Shown one piece after another: positions 1 to 8,627 of a DNA stretch of 59,762 bases. Numbering within the stretch: position 1 is the first letter of the stretch; each line of letters begins with the position of its first letter. Position numbers and translations under genes: made by a program. Origin of the DNA: a virus (lineage: Duplodnaviria > Caudoviricetes); the IMG/VR virus record IMGVR_UViG_3300033148_002141, positions 1-59,762 of that record. One strand, given 5' to 3'. A model generated the notes under the pieces. The model did not search any database and was not told the DNA's origin. It saw only the letters and a list, made by a program, of their open reading frames with translations.

Positions 1-1035
1 CGCGATGCGGAAACGAAGGATGCTCGCGTTAACATCTTGACAAATGGCCGAGTCATTTGGCTTGGCGGAACGTGGATTAACGGCGAATGGCTCGACGGCG
101 AGTGGCACGGCGGCGAATGGTATGGCGGCTCGTGGTACAGCGGCCTTTGGCTTCACGGCAATTGGTACAGCGGTACTTGGCGCGACGGCGAATGGCGTAA
201 TGGTATTTGGCACAGCGGCACTTGGTACGACGGCACTTGGCATGGCCACCATTGGCTTAGCGGCGAGTGGCACAACGGCTATTGGCGTCATGGCATCTGG
301 GCTGGCGGCTATTGGCATGACGGCACTTGGCGCAACGGCACTTGGCGCGGCGGCTGCTGGCATAACGGCACTTGGCACCGTGGGGAATGGCACGGCGACA
401 TTTGGCGCAACGGCACTTGGCACGATGGGGAATGGCACGGCGGCACTTGGCTTAACGGCAATTGGCGAGGCGGGGAATGGCGCGCCGGCATCTGGAATGG
501 CGGCATCTGGAATGGCGGCATCTGGAATAGCGGCATCTGGAATGGCGGCATCTGGCGCGACGGCAAATGGCGAAGTGGCCTCTGGCGTGGCGGATTCTGG
601 AATGGCGGCACTTGGAATGGCGGTGAGTGGCACGGCGGCCAATGGCGCGACGCCAGAATTGACCGTCTGCTATTCATGGCGGCCCGAATCGGGATCGTGT
701 TCGACGCCGAAGGTTACGCGACAGCGTATCGTTCCACAGGCCCCGATGGCGAAGGCCGGTGGACCAGCGACTTTCACCAGACCGAGGGCGAGTATTACGA
801 AACCGATGTTCCTCCCGCCGGAAGTGGAACGTGTGTACGAGGTATCCACGTATGCTCGCAGGCTACGGCACTAACATATTTCAATGTTCAGCCGACTGCC
901 GAATTGTGGCAGGTGCGATTCCACCGCGACGACCTGCTTGATTGCGATGGACAGAAGGCCCGTATCAGGGGTGGCACGTTCACCCGGATTCCCTGGACGT
1001 TCTACAACCCCATAGACGCGCGAGAGACGACATAA
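1..1035 (+). CDS. Trp-Gly pentapeptide-repeat (W-x-x-G-x) protein with conserved C-terminal domain; 5'-truncated by the window edge
   Basis: Frame is open from base 1 (RDAETKDARVNILTNGRVIW) and aligns with paralog 1663-2742 (LRDAETRNARVTISGKDRVIW); about 40 WxxGx repeats followed by DARIDRLLFMA...GIHVC...DGQKARIRGG. Confidence 0.85.
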   Translation, partial: RDAETKDARVNILTNGRVIWLGGTWINGEWLDGEWHGGEWYGGSWYSGLWLHGNWYSGTWRDGEWRNGIWHSGTWYDGTWHGHHWLSGEWHNGYWRHGIWAGGYWHDGTWRNGTWRGGCWHNGTWHRGEWHGDIWRNGTWHDGEWHGGTWLNGNWRGGEWRAGIWNGGIWNGGIWNSGIWNGGIWRDGKWRSGLWRGGFWNGGTWNGGEWHGGQWRDARIDRLLFMAARIGIVFDAEGYATAYRSTGPDGEGRWTSDFHQTEGEYYETDVPPAGSGTCVRGIHVCSQATALTYFNVQPTAELWQVRFHRDDLLDCDGQKARIRGGTFTRIPWTFYNPIDARETT

Positions 1036-1085
1036 TAACCCTCGATGCACTATCGGGGGGAGCACTAAACACAAAGGAGAAAGAC

Positions 1086-1574
1086 GTGGGAGCGCAAGCA
1101 TACCTACAGGTAAAGCGGATCGGCGACGGCCAGCACCTGCTCCAAGATGATGCGCCGAAGTTCGTGGTCCGAGAATCAGGCGTAATCGTGGTTCACCTCT
1201 GGCCGGTGCGATTCGGATCGCGTCACGCGAACCTGGTTTCACCCATTCCTGCCATCCAAGACATTTTGGAGGCTGCCGAGGGACCCGAGGACGGAGCCGA
1301 ATGTCTTCCCCTCTATAGCCAAGGCCGCTTGATTGTCGGAATCGGAGTGATCGACCGGGATCGAGTGACCGACACCCAGTTGCTCGACGAATATCGCGCG
1401 CCGCCGGGTCACATCCCGCTGGGCCAATTGAAGGCCGCGTGGCAGAAGATTACGCCGGGCCTGTGGGTGATTACGAATTACTTCGCAAACTGCTGTCCCG
1501 ACGACTATTTCGACTTTCGGCCGCCCGAAGGATGCGAGATCACGAAGGCCGTCAAGTGGCAGATTTGGACCTGA
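1086..1574 (+). CDS. hypothetical protein
   Basis: GTG at 1086 preceded by AAGGAG SD, within ORF 942-1574. Confidence 0.6.
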   Translation: MGAQAYLQVKRIGDGQHLLQDDAPKFVVRESGVIVVHLWPVRFGSRHANLVSPIPAIQDILEAAEGPEDGAECLPLYSQGRLIVGIGVIDRDRVTDTQLLDEYRAPPGHIPLGQLKAAWQKITPGLWVITNYFANCCPDDYFDFRPPEGCEITKAVKWQIWT

Positions 1575-1601
1575 CCCAGCCCACGAGACCTCAGGACACA
1601 C

Positions 1602-1665
1602 GCACGTTCACCCGGATTCCCTGGACGTTCTATACCTCTCTCAAAGAAGGAGAAACGACACGATG
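1602..1665 (+). repeat. orphan copy of the 3' end + RBS of the Trp-Gly repeat genes
   Basis: 1602-1632 is identical to 974-1004 (GCACGTTCACCCGGATTCCCTGGACGTTCTA); the remainder resembles 2712-2744 (CTC..AAGAAGGAGAAAC..ATGA). Confidence 0.9.
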
Positions 1666-2742
1666 ACTGAACATGCAACCGATATGACTGCGTGGCCGCA
1701 ATGGCTGCGCGATGCGGAAACCCGTAACGCCCGCGTTACTATCTCGGGAAAAGACCGGGTGATATGGCTTGGCGGGACGTGGATTAACGGCGAATGGCAC
1801 GGCGGCGAATGGCGTGGCGGCCATTGGCGTGACGGTATTTGGCGCGGCGGCCACTGGAATGGGGGCCTTTGGTATCACGGGACCTGGCGCGGTGGCACTT
1901 GGCGTACTGGCACATGGTACAATGGCACATGGAATAACGGCTTTTGGTATGACGGTCATTGGTACGACGGACAATGGCACGGCGGCCATTGGTGTGGCGG
2001 TATTTGGCACGGCGGCGAATGGCATCGAGGCGATTGGGTCAACGGCACTTGGCATACTGGCCATTGGCACGATGGTGTGTGGTACGATGGCAATTGGTGC
2101 CGGGGTAGTTGGTGCAATGGCAGTTGGCACAATGGTAAATGGCATAACGGCGTCTGGTTCAACGGCATTTGGGACGATGGCCAGTGGCATAACGGCGTCT
2201 GGTTCAACGGCAGTTGGCGTGATGGTTGGTGGTATAACGGCACTTGGCACTACGGCAATTGGAATGCTGGCACATGGCGTTCTGGGTGCTGGTGTGGCGG
2301 CGCGTGGTATGGCGGCGAATGGTGTGGCGGCGAATGGCGCCGTGGTGAATGGCTTGATGCGAGGATTGACCGCCTGTTATTCATGGCGTCGCGTATCGGA
2401 ATCGTATTCGACGCCGACGGTTACGCAACGGCCTATCGCTCCACAGGCCCCGACGGCGAAGGCCGGTGGACCGGCGACTTTCACCAGGCCGAAGGTGAAT
2501 GCTACGACGATGACCTGTCTCCATCTGGTAGTGGAGTGACTACGCGAGGCATCTGCGTCTGTTCCCAGGCCACGGCATTAACGCATTGCGATATCGACGC
2601 GACTGCCCAACTATGGCAGGTACGATTCCACCGCGATGATCTGCTCGACTGTGACGGACAGCAGGCCCGTATCCGGGGTGGCACATTCACCCGGATTCCC
2701 TGGCCGTTCTATCGACCTCTCGAAGAAGGAGAAACAACCTGA
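1663..2742 (+). CDS. Trp-Gly pentapeptide-repeat protein, paralog of 1-1035
   Basis: Same N-cap, WxxGx repeats and highly similar C-terminal domain; AAGGAG SD. Confidence 0.88.
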   Translation: MTEHATDMTAWPQWLRDAETRNARVTISGKDRVIWLGGTWINGEWHGGEWRGGHWRDGIWRGGHWNGGLWYHGTWRGGTWRTGTWYNGTWNNGFWYDGHWYDGQWHGGHWCGGIWHGGEWHRGDWVNGTWHTGHWHDGVWYDGNWCRGSWCNGSWHNGKWHNGVWFNGIWDDGQWHNGVWFNGSWRDGWWYNGTWHYGNWNAGTWRSGCWCGGAWYGGEWCGGEWRRGEWLDARIDRLLFMASRIGIVFDADGYATAYRSTGPDGEGRWTGDFHQAEGECYDDDLSPSGSGVTTRGICVCSQATALTHCDIDATAQLWQVRFHRDDLLDCDGQQARIRGGTFTRIPWPFYRPLEEGETT

Positions 2743-3068
2743 TGACTCTCAACGAACTGACTGCCCCCAAAGGCACTACTGGCTTGGGTGTGGATTCGCC
2801 GAAGGACGGCGACTTCTACGCCGTGGCCGCGGATTGGAAGGAACCGGATTCCCCGGTCTTCATCTACTGTAGAAGCGAAGGGCAGTGGACACCCGCTCCG
2901 TCCGACGTCCTCGTCAAGGATGTGGATGGCGACCCGGAATATGCGTTGGCTGATTATCTCTGGGCGATGTGGGAATATCGCCCCATCGTAAGCGGTGAAA
3001 TCGCGGAAGCACTTGACCGCGCTGTGCCGATCTGCGAGGAGGGCAGCGAGTCAAATACCCCCGGCTAA
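2742..3068 (+). CDS. hypothetical protein; last residues (SNTPG) supplied by the IS end
   Basis: Coupled to upstream gene (TGATG); reconstructed IS-free allele ends ...EEGSE*. Confidence 0.7.
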   Translation: MTLNELTAPKGTTGLGVDSPKDGDFYAVAADWKEPDSPVFIYCRSEGQWTPAPSDVLVKDVDGDPEYALADYLWAMWEYRPIVSGEIAEALDRAVPICEEGSESNTPG

Positions 3069-3200
3069 ACCCGAGGGCTTGTAAGTAGCCTCAAGCGCAG
3101 TCCAGGAGTAACCCTGTTTTGCCTTCAACGGCTCCTACCATAGGCCCTTTGACGAGGCCCTTTGAACGGATGTTTACCGCAGCCACGAAATCAGCATTGG
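3030..3200 (-). ncRNA. putative TnpB reRNA/omegaRNA (right end + flanking guide TCGCTGCCCTCCTCGC...)
   Basis: Established TnpB architecture: the reRNA derives from the tnpB 3' end/right end and the guide from the flank; 5' boundary is only approximate. Confidence 0.6.
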
Positions 3201-4286
3201 CCGAGTAGCCGCAATGCTTACACGCAAACTCAGATTGACTCTTGCGATTGCCCTTCTCGCAATGCCCGCATTTTGGGCAGGTGCGACTGGTATTGCGCGG
3301 GTCAACCAGCATGACGAGCACACCGGCGAGCTTGGCCTTGTACTCAATAAAAGACCTCAGTTGGAAGAAAGCCCAACTACTGAACTTGGCCCGCTGGCTG
3401 CGTCGAACCGTTGTGCCCTTCCGGATTCCCTTGAGATTTTCAAGGACGATTGCGGAACGGGATGCCTTTGCTTTGCCAACGAGCCTTTTGCTGATTACGT
3501 GGTTCGTGTTCCTCTTGAAATTGGATTCCTTGCGTCTGATTTTGACGAGCCGACGTTTCGCCGACTTGGTGCCCACCGATTGCAGTACCGCCCGCCGGGT
3601 GGCGTACTTTACACGGTTGGCCTCGACCGCATCCCCGGAAAATGTCTCCCCGGTCGAGTCGGTGGCGATATTGACGATGCCCAGATCAACACCCAGTACG
3701 TCGGTAGGCTCCAAGGGTGCCCCGTCGGGCATTTCGATCGTACACAGCAGATAGAACTTGCGGTTGCGGTAGATCAGGTCTGCCTGACCCTTGATTCGAC
3801 CCTGGCGGTGCTTCTGGTACGCCCCGCACACGAACGGTATTCGGAGCCGGCCGGTCAATGCCCACAAGCTGACTTCCGTCAGACCCTTGAAGCTCAAAAC
3901 CCGCTGATCGTAGCAGATTGCCCCGCGCGGCTTGAACTTGGGACACTTACTTTTGTTCCGTTGGAAACACTCGACCGCCTTGGCAATGGCCCGAATGGCC
4001 ATCTGAGACGACAGGCCGAACTTTTCGCGGATGTCGTAGTAGGCCCGGCGGTGCAGGGAAACTTGCCCGAAGACCTTATCTCGGAACCCTACTTCCGCGG
4101 CATAGGTGGCGGCCTGGTTGAACCGCTCCATCGTGTCGAGCAGGTCTTTCTTCTGCTGGCGAGTTGGCAGAAGTTGCAGTTGGAGTGTGAGCTTCATATT
4201 GGAAGTATACCCAAAACCAATCCTGTAGTCAAAGAAAGGACGCATTCTTCCGCCCACTAAAGTGGACGGTATCTTGCGTAACACAC
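3050..4286 (-). mobile_element. IS200/IS605-family TnpB-only (IS1341-like) element
   Basis: Minus strand: left-end hairpin CCGTCCAC-TTTA-GTGGGCGG preceded by GATA, with target TCAT (4290-4287); right-end hairpin CCCTCGG-GTTTAG-CCGGGGG preceded by CAAG, ending TGAC at 3050; no tnpA. Confidence 0.88.
3091..4197 (-). CDS. tnpB: RNA-guided endonuclease TnpB
   Basis: Start MKLTLQLQL; RuvC motifs GVDLG, VLENL, NADFVAAVNI; Zn ribbon CPKC...CKHC; 368 aa. Confidence 0.95.
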   Translation of the reverse strand: MKLTLQLQLLPTRQQKKDLLDTMERFNQAATYAAEVGFRDKVFGQVSLHRRAYYDIREKFGLSSQMAIRAIAKAVECFQRNKSKCPKFKPRGAICYDQRVLSFKGLTEVSLWALTGRLRIPFVCGAYQKHRQGRIKGQADLIYRNRKFYLLCTIEMPDGAPLEPTDVLGVDLGIVNIATDSTGETFSGDAVEANRVKYATRRAVLQSVGTKSAKRRLVKIRRKESNFKRNTNHVISKRLVGKAKASRSAIVLENLKGIRKGTTVRRSQRAKFSSWAFFQLRSFIEYKAKLAGVLVMLVDPRNTSRTCPKCGHCEKGNRKSQSEFACKHCGYSANADFVAAVNIRSKGLVKGPMVGAVEGKTGLLLDCA

Positions 4287-4502
4287 ATGACACGAAAACC
4301 ACAAACCTTCGGCCAACGTGTTCGCGCTCTGCGCGGGGCTCGAACGCAAGATGAGTGCTGCCGGGCCGCCGGAATCACTCGGCAAAGCACTTGGTCCGAG
4401 ATCGAAACCGACAACGCGAATCCGACCCTTTCGACGCTACGCAAAATCGCCAAGGGCCTGGGATTCACGCTATCCGAACTGTTTGACGAGGCTGAATCCT
4501 GA
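4287..4502 (+). CDS. XRE/Cro-CI family HTH transcriptional regulator
   Basis: FGQRVRALR...TQDECCRAAGITRQSTWSEIE...NPTLSTLRKIAKGLG pattern. Confidence 0.9.
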   Translation: MTRKPQTFGQRVRALRGARTQDECCRAAGITRQSTWSEIETDNANPTLSTLRKIAKGLGFTLSELFDEAES

Positions 4503-4520
4503 TCGGCAGAGAATCAGTCT

Positions 4521-4793
4521 TCAGAGCGTGCATGTCAGTTCCCCTGAGTTTTGGCCGACCGGCCCCATTCCCTGCGCCTGTCGCCGCTTATTTACCCAAT
4601 GCAAAATTGATTCGGCCGACCTGGGATCGTAATAGCCCTGCCTCGCATACTCGATCACCGTAGTCCGGGCCAACCCAGTCCACCGCGAAATGAGGGAATA
4701 AGTAAGATGGCAAAGTTTTTTCTCTGCCCCTTTGGGCTTTCGTGGCATTTTTTTTGGCATTTTCGCCCAATTCATCAAATCTGCTGTTGACAC
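4521..4793 (-). CDS. small basic putative DNA-binding protein (start uncertain)
   Basis: LTYSLISRWTGLARTTVIEYARQG is HTH-like; convergent with the XRE gene. Confidence 0.45.
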   Translation of the reverse strand: MSTADLMNWAKMPKKMPRKPKGAEKKLCHLTYSLISRWTGLARTTVIEYARQGYYDPRSAESILHWVNKRRQAQGMGPVGQNSGELTCTL

Positions 4794-4816
4794 AACGCGT
4801 GAGTGTCGTATATTCT
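4787..4816 (+). promoter_or_regulatory. sigma70-like promoter overlapped by an imperfect palindrome (candidate operator)
   Basis: TTGACA 4787-4792, TATATT 4809-4814 or TATTCT 4811-4816; GACAC-AACGCGTGA-GTGTC dyad. Confidence 0.65.
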
Positions 4817-4925
4817 ACAGGAACCACAACCGAAGGCAACCACCGTCTGAGCACCACCTGGCCTTGCCCGGATTCTTATGGTTGCCTTTCCCGCCGGGCA
4901 AGGCCGCTTTTTGAAAGGCCACCCC

Positions 4926-5153
4926 ATGAAACCCGTTTGGAAGAACGATCATCTCACTGTCGTGTTGCACAAGCCCGAATTGTCGATCTTGGCGAAAGCC
5001 CGCAAAATTGGGCAAGCATTGCACGCAATGGCTCAGGAAACAGGGCAGCCCTTGATGGACGCCATCGACGCCATTGCTCCCCATCCCGACATTATTGCCC
5101 GCCGTCCCGGCATTTGGGAGCAATTCTCGGACACACAGGCGGAAGAGGAATAG
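4926..5153 (+). CDS. hypothetical protein
   Basis: ATG 4926 after GAAAGG; first gene downstream of the promoter. Confidence 0.6.
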   Translation: MKPVWKNDHLTVVLHKPELSILAKARKIGQALHAMAQETGQPLMDAIDAIAPHPDIIARRPGIWEQFSDTQAEEE

Positions 5154-5162
5154 GGCCGCCTT

Positions 5163-5211
5163 GCCCCGACCCTGCTTCCTGGGGGTCCACCCCCCAGGGG
5201 TAGGGCGGGGC
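5163..5211 (+). terminator. long GC-rich stem-loop (terminator or processing site)
   Basis: GCCCCGACCCTGCTTCCTGGGGG-TCCA-CCCCCAGGGGTAGGGCGGGGC; weak U-tract. Confidence 0.5.
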
Positions 5212-5239
5212 CGATTGTTGTAACCTATTATGCCACCAT

Positions 5240-5290
5240 GACTTAAGTGCCCTCAAAGACGGTTTCAAAATGGCAACGCGGTGCCATTTT
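5240..5290. repeat. 51-bp site, inverted copy of 59674-59724, with palindromic core
   Basis: GACTTAAGTGC-N12-TTTCAAAATGGCAACGCGGTGCCATTTT; the reverse complement matches 59674-59724 over 28 bp + 11 bp blocks. Confidence 0.9.
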
Positions 5291-5313
5291 GATTTCCATT
5301 CAAGGAGTGAATT

Positions 5314-6084
5314 GTGAGTGATTCGATCGACTTGGCGAAGCTCGCCGAACCATTCCCGCCAGAGGATATCGAATGGCGGGTCTCCCGTGCCGGCATGGGA
5401 AAAAACGGAATCTTTTGCTTGGTCCTCGCCTACATCACCGCCCGGGCAATTCAGAAGCGCCTCGATGAGGTGTGCGGTCCGGAAAACTGGAAGCTCGAAG
5501 AACCCCGAGTGGTAGAAGCCAACGGGAAATCGGCCTTCGCCTGTGGGCTCTCAATTCGTCTCCAAGGCGAATGGGTGACGAAATGGGATGTGAGCGAACC
5601 GACGAATGTCGAACCGGCCAAAGGTGGCTGGTCGGGTGCAATGAAGCGAGCCGGTGCCCAGTGGGGAATTGGTCGCTATCTCTACTATCTTGACGAAACC
5701 TTCGCCGAAGTCGTCGATCAGCCACTTGAAGGGGCTCGCGGATGGAATTACGCCCGCCTACCAGAAAAGCACGGCGGGGCTGTTTATTACTGGAAGACGC
5801 CAAGTCTGCCAGCCTGGGCCTTGCCGAAAGAACCGGAACACGAAATCAGCCTGGCCGAGCTTGGCGAATTAAAACGGGCGTGGATGGCAAAATTCGCGCC
5901 GAACACCACGAATCCCAAGGAATTGCGTGATGGATTTAGCAGCTTCGTCGTTTCGGTGGCTGGTGACTTCCCGGCATCCGATTACACCTGCTGGACCAGG
6001 GAGGCATTCGAGAAGTGTATGACGCGAATTGCCGAGACAACTGACCCGAATGGACCGGCAGCCGATGTGCCATTCGAGGAGTAG
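5314..6084 (+). CDS. Rad52/Rad22-family (Sak-like) ssDNA annealing protein
   Basis: LAEPFPPEDIEWR, LAYITARAIQKRLDEVCGPENW, KGGWSGAMKRAGAQWGIGRYLY. Confidence 0.9.
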   Translation: MSDSIDLAKLAEPFPPEDIEWRVSRAGMGKNGIFCLVLAYITARAIQKRLDEVCGPENWKLEEPRVVEANGKSAFACGLSIRLQGEWVTKWDVSEPTNVEPAKGGWSGAMKRAGAQWGIGRYLYYLDETFAEVVDQPLEGARGWNYARLPEKHGGAVYYWKTPSLPAWALPKEPEHEISLAELGELKRAWMAKFAPNTTNPKELRDGFSSFVVSVAGDFPASDYTCWTREAFEKCMTRIAETTDPNGPAADVPFEE

Positions 6085-6096
6085 GGAGAGGCGACG

Positions 6097-6438
6097 ATGG
6101 CGAAGATCGGAGAGGTTAAATTCACGCTCGCGGACAACATGATCGGGGTGGAGTACGCTGGACGCCGTTGGCAATGGTATTGCTGTGTTAGCTTCCCGTA
6201 TCTCTGTAGGCTGTGGGAAGTCCCGTTGACTCTGGCTGCATGGGACGTGTCTCTCCACGATTGTCCGGGCGACGAGCGATGGGAAATGCGTATCGAACGG
6301 GCATCGACTATCTACACAACATTTCCGGTTCTTCAGGTACGCCGCAATGGCGAATGGGAGACCTATCTCAATAGGGAATCGGCGGACCACTTGCTTCGCA
6401 TCTTGCCGAAACGGTTTTACGCCCAACTGGAATACTGA
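6097..6438 (+). CDS. hypothetical protein, paralog of 22779-23126
   Basis: Shared MAKxGE, LWE.P, LHD.PG..RWEMR, RNG.WE.YL, LP.RF..Q.EY. Confidence 0.75.
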   Translation: MAKIGEVKFTLADNMIGVEYAGRRWQWYCCVSFPYLCRLWEVPLTLAAWDVSLHDCPGDERWEMRIERASTIYTTFPVLQVRRNGEWETYLNRESADHLLRILPKRFYAQLEY

Positions 6439-6450
6439 ACGAGCCCCCCC

Positions 6451-7638
6451 ATGAGCAGAACACGCAAGCGATTCCTCGATTGCTCCGGAATGACCATCGA
6501 GGAAGCCGAGCAGTGGGGCCGCGATCTGGCCGAAATGCAACGCGACATCATGTTTTGGATCGGCGACCTTGCCCGATATGCCGAGGCCCGTTGGCCAGAT
6601 ACGCACCACCAAGTCTGGCCCGAATGGGTCTCGCCCGGGATGCTGGCCCGGGCTGCCGCAGTCTGCCGGGCGTACCCCACCGAGGATAAGCGACAAGGGG
6701 ACGCCACCTACACGATCTACATGCGAGAGGCGAATCGGCCCGACCGGCTCAAACGAATACAGGCACACATTGACGCCGGCCGGACAAGCGATGAGGCGGC
6801 AAAGGCCAACCGCGAGCAACGACGTGCAAACGACCGCCCCCGGTGGCTGCTGGCGTTCGACGTGCATTACTTCGTCCATCGCACCTATTTCTCTGGCGCC
6901 GGGGTAGAAACCGCCCATCAAATTACGCAATGGGTCAAGCGGACCGTCGAACGGCTCCGGCAGAAAGGGGCCACGGACGTACTGTGTGCATTCGAGGGTC
7001 GGGATAGCTTCCGCCGCGAATTGACGGCCGGCGACGAATGGGAAGGGCACCGCTACAAGGATCGGCCACCGAAACCGGCCGACCTGACGCATCAACTCCA
7101 ACTGACGCGCACGCTCCTGGAACGAGACGGATTCTGTTGCGTTTCGGAAGACACATACGAAGCCGATGACATCTTGGCGAGTGCCGCCAAGCAATTCCCC
7201 GGCAAGACGACCATCGTGTCCGCCGACAAGGATTTACGCCAATGCCTGTGCGATCAGTGCAACATCCTGCTGGACGTGGAATGGACCGTGAATGAATTGA
7301 CGGGCGACGCCGAACCCCAATGGAAATGGCTTACCGCCAAATCGCACACCGAGGAAACCGGGCTTCCGCCGTATCTGTTTTGCGAAGTCCAGATTCTCCA
7401 AGGAGACCAAGTTGACGGAATCCAGGGGGCCGAGGGGATCGGCAAAAAGGGGGCCGTCGATCTGATTTTGGCTTTTGGCTCGGCCAAAAAGGCAATCCAG
7501 GCCGCGAAAGCCAATGACCCGCAAATCACAGCCAAGAAGCGCGAATCTCTTATTGCGTTTGAAAGCCGTCTGGACGTAACCAGGCAACTCGTCACGCTCG
7601 TGGATACCTTGCCTATCCCGAGCAATACCCGGATTTAG
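6451..7638 (+). CDS. 5'-3' exonuclease / flap endonuclease (Pol I N-terminal-like) with ~125-aa N-terminal extension
   Basis: LAFD, YEADDILAS, IVSADKDLRQ, LQGDQVDGIQGAEGIGKKGA (H3TH). Confidence 0.9.
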   Translation: MSRTRKRFLDCSGMTIEEAEQWGRDLAEMQRDIMFWIGDLARYAEARWPDTHHQVWPEWVSPGMLARAAAVCRAYPTEDKRQGDATYTIYMREANRPDRLKRIQAHIDAGRTSDEAAKANREQRRANDRPRWLLAFDVHYFVHRTYFSGAGVETAHQITQWVKRTVERLRQKGATDVLCAFEGRDSFRRELTAGDEWEGHRYKDRPPKPADLTHQLQLTRTLLERDGFCCVSEDTYEADDILASAAKQFPGKTTIVSADKDLRQCLCDQCNILLDVEWTVNELTGDAEPQWKWLTAKSHTEETGLPPYLFCEVQILQGDQVDGIQGAEGIGKKGAVDLILAFGSAKKAIQAAKANDPQITAKKRESLIAFESRLDVTRQLVTLVDTLPIPSNTRI

Positions 7639-7651
7639 AAAGGGAAGTTCC

Positions 7652-7864
7652 ATGTTGGTTCTGGCACGGAAGCAAGGCGAAGTGATCCGAATCGGTGACG
7701 ACATTCGCGTAATGGTCGTATCCACTGGGCGCCAACAGGTGAAACTCGGAATCACCGCTCCCGAACACGTCGTGATTCTGCGTGAGGAAATCGCCGGCGA
7801 ATCCAGCCCCGCAGGGGAGCGCAGGAAGCGCAACGCATTGGACGCAGAAGGGGACGGGCACTGA
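7652..7864 (+). CDS. csrA: carbon storage regulator CsrA/RsmA
   Basis: MLVLARKQGEVIRIGDDIRVMVV...VKLGITAPEHVVILREEI is the canonical CsrA signature including the RNA-binding Arg in ILREE. Confidence 0.93.
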   Translation: MLVLARKQGEVIRIGDDIRVMVVSTGRQQVKLGITAPEHVVILREEIAGESSPAGERRKRNALDAEGDGH

Positions 7865-7904
7865 TTGCAGCGGGGTTGGGTCTATTACACGGGAGGCATA
7901 AACC

Positions 7905-8378
7905 GTGAAACGGAAACGACGAAAACGAACCAGCGCGAACGTGCCGGCGAAAGGTCGCCTGCGCGACATCGCTGACAGGCTGTGGGCCCTGGCTGTACGC
8001 GAGGATTGGCTATGTCGATGTGCCGTGTGTGGGCGCCGCAAAACTGAATCTCACCACATGGTGCCCCGGCAGCATTACGCTACGCGGTATCTCTTGGAAA
8101 ACGGCATCGCCTTGTGTTCAACCCATCATCAATTTGACCCCAATATCAGCCCGCACCAAAACGCGGCCGGCTGGATGGCGTGGATGAAGGAGCATCATCC
8201 CTTTCGGGCGCAATGGTATCTCGAAAACTGTTGCCCACAATTCGACGGCATCACGAACGCCGCATACTACATCGAGCAGATTCAACGATTGCGGGAGTAC
8301 GTCGATCCGGATGACTTCGTTCGCATAGTCGGCGTTCGGTTTGCGGCTTACCTGGACGAATTACGCGAGAGAACGTGA
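7905..8378 (+). CDS. HNH / NinG-like nuclease
   Basis: CAVCG...SHHMVPR...RY..ENGIALCSTHH. Confidence 0.75.
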   Translation: MKRKRRKRTSANVPAKGRLRDIADRLWALAVREDWLCRCAVCGRRKTESHHMVPRQHYATRYLLENGIALCSTHHQFDPNISPHQNAAGWMAWMKEHHPFRAQWYLENCCPQFDGITNAAYYIEQIQRLREYVDPDDFVRIVGVRFAAYLDELRERT

Positions 8379-8381
8379 ACC

Positions 8382-8621
8382 ATGAGTGAGATCCCAGTAT
8401 ACTACGCGGTGTTGTTTCGCTCGCATACTAAACGCGAAGGCAAACAGCAACATCTAGTCCACGAGAATTTTGTGCCGGTGCTATTTCCGACGCGCAAAGA
8501 GGCGACTGCGTACATCAAAGCCGAGTACGGTCTTCTCGCCAAACGCTCGGAATTGCGTAAAGAACCGTATGGGTGGCGAATGCCGATTCCCGTGCGTGTT
8601 CATGTTGAACTTGCTGAATAA
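8382..8621 (+). CDS. hypothetical protein
   Basis: Tightly packed ORF in operon. Confidence 0.6.
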   Translation: MSEIPVYYAVLFRSHTKREGKQQHLVHENFVPVLFPTRKEATAYIKAEYGLLAKRSELRKEPYGWRMPIPVRVHVELAE

Positions 8622-8627
8622 ACCACC

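Noticed and set aside
60-2350. CRISPR array
   Set aside because: The periodicity is 15-nt coding repeats (WxxGx) with no constant repeat/unique spacer structure and no cas genes; TnpB lies within IS ends
44-2539. Ala/Gly/Thr-rich ORFs 44-874 and 1769-2539 and antisense ORFs 309-677, 1630-2250
   Set aside because: Shadow frames of the Trp-Gly repeats; only the WG frame has an SD, coupling and a conserved globular C-domain
3214-4260. 348-aa ORF antisense to tnpB, and other long antisense ORFs (e.g. 5869-7194, 32582-33709, 39820-40899)
   Set aside because: Typical stop-poor antisense frames of GC-rich genes, with no motifs or SD support
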